64,000 nt of DNA, taken from the NCBI RefSeq assembly GCF_963921235.1, contig NC_086108.1, forward strand, positions 76,572,001 to 76,636,000. Reading direction: 5' to 3'. Below the pieces are notes generated by a model that searched no databases, was not told the DNA's origin, and worked only from the letters and a program-made list of their open reading frames with translations. Origin of the DNA: Mobula hypostoma (taxonomy: Eukaryota). Made by a program: the position numbers and the translations under genes. Below, in pieces: positions 61,436 through 64,000 of the stretch; the stretch's first letter is position 1; each line of letters begins with the position of its first letter.

Positions 61436-62907
61436 TATCCCCCCTATAAAGATTGATAAGGATCATTGCCAACCCAAACTCAACAACACTGTAAATACAT
61501 CATCTGCCCACCCCACCCCCTCCCATGACGCACACATACAATTTGTTGGTAAGTGGGTTGGATAAGTGGTGTATTTACAGTGTTGGTGAGGCTGTTCCAT
61601 ATTACATTAATCTTAAGTGACAAGCAACAGTGGGAACGTTTGACATGCTCTGACCAGTTGCGTGGTCTTGAAATGAGTCAAGCCAGTCGGTGGCTGTCTC
61701 AAGCAGCTAATCAGCATGCTTCATTAATTGGCCACTTTAGTTTATACTCTTGACAAAGTGTTCTCACTTAATTGGACCCTCTATGCCATTTTCAACTCGT
61801 GCCTTTGTGTAGTCTTGAGAGCATCATACATTACATGTTCTTAGGCTGAGAAAGTAAACCTAAGGTCTTGTCTGCTAATTTCTGTGCTTTAGGTGTTATT
61901 GCATAATTACAAAAAGCAATAATAATCACTCCCAGTGACCTGGCTGACATTGCTCCCCCAAACAACCCCCACCCCCACTGCCCTACCCCTTGATCAACAT
62001 CTCTACAATCAGATTAACTGGTCATTCAACTCATTACTCCTTATGTAATCATTATTGTGACCTCCTTTTCCTATAACAAAGGTACCTATGACAACTGTAA
62101 CTGCAATAAACCCTGTTAATCTCATACGCCATTTGACCTATTGATTATTTCCAGCGTTTCTTGCTTTTATTTCAGATTTTCAGCATCCCCGGAGAATTAC
62201 TTAGCAACTGCATTCAAAGTCATTAATTCTTTGTTAAGCACTTTGAGACAATTAAGAGGGACACAATTAACAAAAAAAAATCATACCTTTCTGTTATATG
62301 AATGCTGTTCTGATGTTTGATCCTTAGCAAGTACTACATTAATTGATCTTGCCTAAGTGAGAGAGGCATTTTACACTGTTCATCAACAGTTCCTGCTGGA
62401 GTGGGAGGGAACTTAAAATGGTATCTTGTTTCCATGTCCCACTGTAAAACAATAACTTCTGGTGGGAAGGTGAAAGGTGAAAGAAGGGATTAGACTCAAT
62501 TTCTATTAGCTCCATAGGTGAATAGCTTCCTAACATTCAGGATTTGATTTTCCAGTTGCTGATCTTTATTGATGCAACACTTTATTCAATATCGAGTACC
62601 AAATGACTGTATTTTCTGTCTCTGGTAAATGTAGCAATGGTAAGATGCTACAGTGGAAGAAAAATATGGAAAGAAAGAAGTAAGTTCTTAGAAAAACTAG
62701 TCTCTGACCTTAAAAATTTTGTCCAGAAAATATTTAGTGAACTGCACATTATTAATATACTTATTTACTGTGACTTTGAACCTGATTTCGTCTATGTCTG
62801 ATCCTTCATGTCTTACAACATTGGAGCCTTCAAGTGGCTGATCAGCCAATCACATTAAAATATTTTTATCGGCAAAAAACTTGTAAACTAAAAGAATGTG
62901 CTATAGT

Positions 62908-63930
62908 TTAGAATATAGAATAGTACAACATGGGATCAGGTTCTTTAGTCCACAACGTCTGCATTGAACAGGAGGCCGAATTAAACAAAAATTTCTTACA
63001 GTATATCTGTACCTTGCTGAATATTCATGTGACTCTTACACACTGCTTTTGTATCTGCTTCCATCATCGCCCCTGGTAGATTGTTCCAGGGCCGTTCCAT
63101 TCTCAGTTTGACAAAACCTGCCCTGTGTATCTCCTTTCAACTTTCCTCCTCTCGTTGTAAATGCATGTCCTCTAGTATTTGACATTTGTATCCTGGGGTA
63201 AAGATTTTGACTGTTTACCCTATCGATGCCTATCTTAATTTTCTAAACTTCCCTCAGGTTTCCCTTCAGCCACTGATGCTCATGAGAAATCATCCAAGGT
63301 TTGTCCATCTTCTTCTCATAGCTCAGACTTTCTAATCCCTTTTGCACTCTTCCTAAAGCCTACACATTCTTGCTTCCTGTAATAGGGTGATCAGAACTGC
63401 ACACAGTACTCCAAGTGCAGCCTAACCCAGTATTTTTTAACTGCAACTTGACTTCTATTCTCTTATACCTAATGCCCCAGCCAATGATGCCAATCACGCC
63501 ATATTCCTTCTTTACCACCCTATCTGCTTGAGTGGCACTGCAGACACACCACTTGTCATGGGCTTCCAGGCAGAATAACACTGTAAAAGGATCTAGCACT
63601 TTCCTGGTGTATATGACGAATAAACTCATCTCAGGCTTCCAGCCGGGTACAGGTACAGATTACAACTGACATTTCAATGACAAGCTCCACCATCTTCTGA
63701 AGATGGCAGAGATGGTCATCAGAATGTTGGTTATAATCGATATCTGTACCCGGCTGGAAGCCTGAGATGAGTTTATTTATCAGAATAACATTCTTTTACC
63801 ACAATGCTCCGTCTTTTATGGGTGAACCAATTCTGAATCCAAACTACCAAGTCATCTTGAATCCCATGCAGATTAATATCTGGATCAGCCCACCATGGGG
63901 GATTTACTTTTAGTGATTTTGCATAAGGCA
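62908..63930 (-). mobile_element. Old CR1 fragment, interrupted at 63581-63780
   Basis: tagaatatagaatagtacaac tail; ccagaactgcacacagtactccaagtg-like (reverse of HLEYCVQF). Confidence 0.8.
63581..63780. mobile_element. Miniature fold-back Penelope-end insertion with 10-bp TSD
   Basis: Inverted arms 63619-63777; TSD cagaataaca (63571-63580, 63781-63790); same family as the termini of 251-3804. Confidence 0.85.
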
Positions 63931-64000
63931 AAAAAAAGATGGGACATACCGAAATGATTAAAGTAAAAGCTGAATATCACAGAAAAGCCATAAAATTGTG

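Larger units (their letters stand above)
21008..64000 (+). other. RNF220: RNF220 large intron, continuing beyond the window
   Basis: The next coding exon (expected KKK...APICPICQ) was not found; this intron is very long in mammals. Confidence 0.75.

Noticed and set aside
21472..62536. Many 60-120-aa intronic ORFs
   Set aside because: No recognisable domains, many non-ATG starts; others are antisense or alternate frames of LINEs.

Overview
Vertebrate genomic DNA. The repeat content (CR1/HER1-like LINEs, V-SINEs, Rex1/Babar, Penelope-like elements) suggests a cartilaginous fish, probably a ray (inference). The one clear host gene is RNF220 on +: candidate non-coding first exon(s) near 18.75-19.2 kb, first coding exon 20268-21007, then a large intron running past the window end. 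A divergent candidate first exon on - (~16.1-16.3 kb) may be ERI3 by synteny; the two share a CpG-rich region with three ZNF143-type motifs. The rest is a mosaic of retroelements. Best findings: (1) a 1.6-kb non-autonomous Gypsy LTR element (422-2035) whose pol core appears replaced by an intronless fragment of host SH3KBP1/CIN85 mRNA; (2) a young fold-back Penelope-end insertion (33269-33580) carrying a minimal hammerhead ribozyme, whose loop is a 54/55 copy of sequence 3.36 kb downstream. Protein and family identifications are from memory and need database confirmation.
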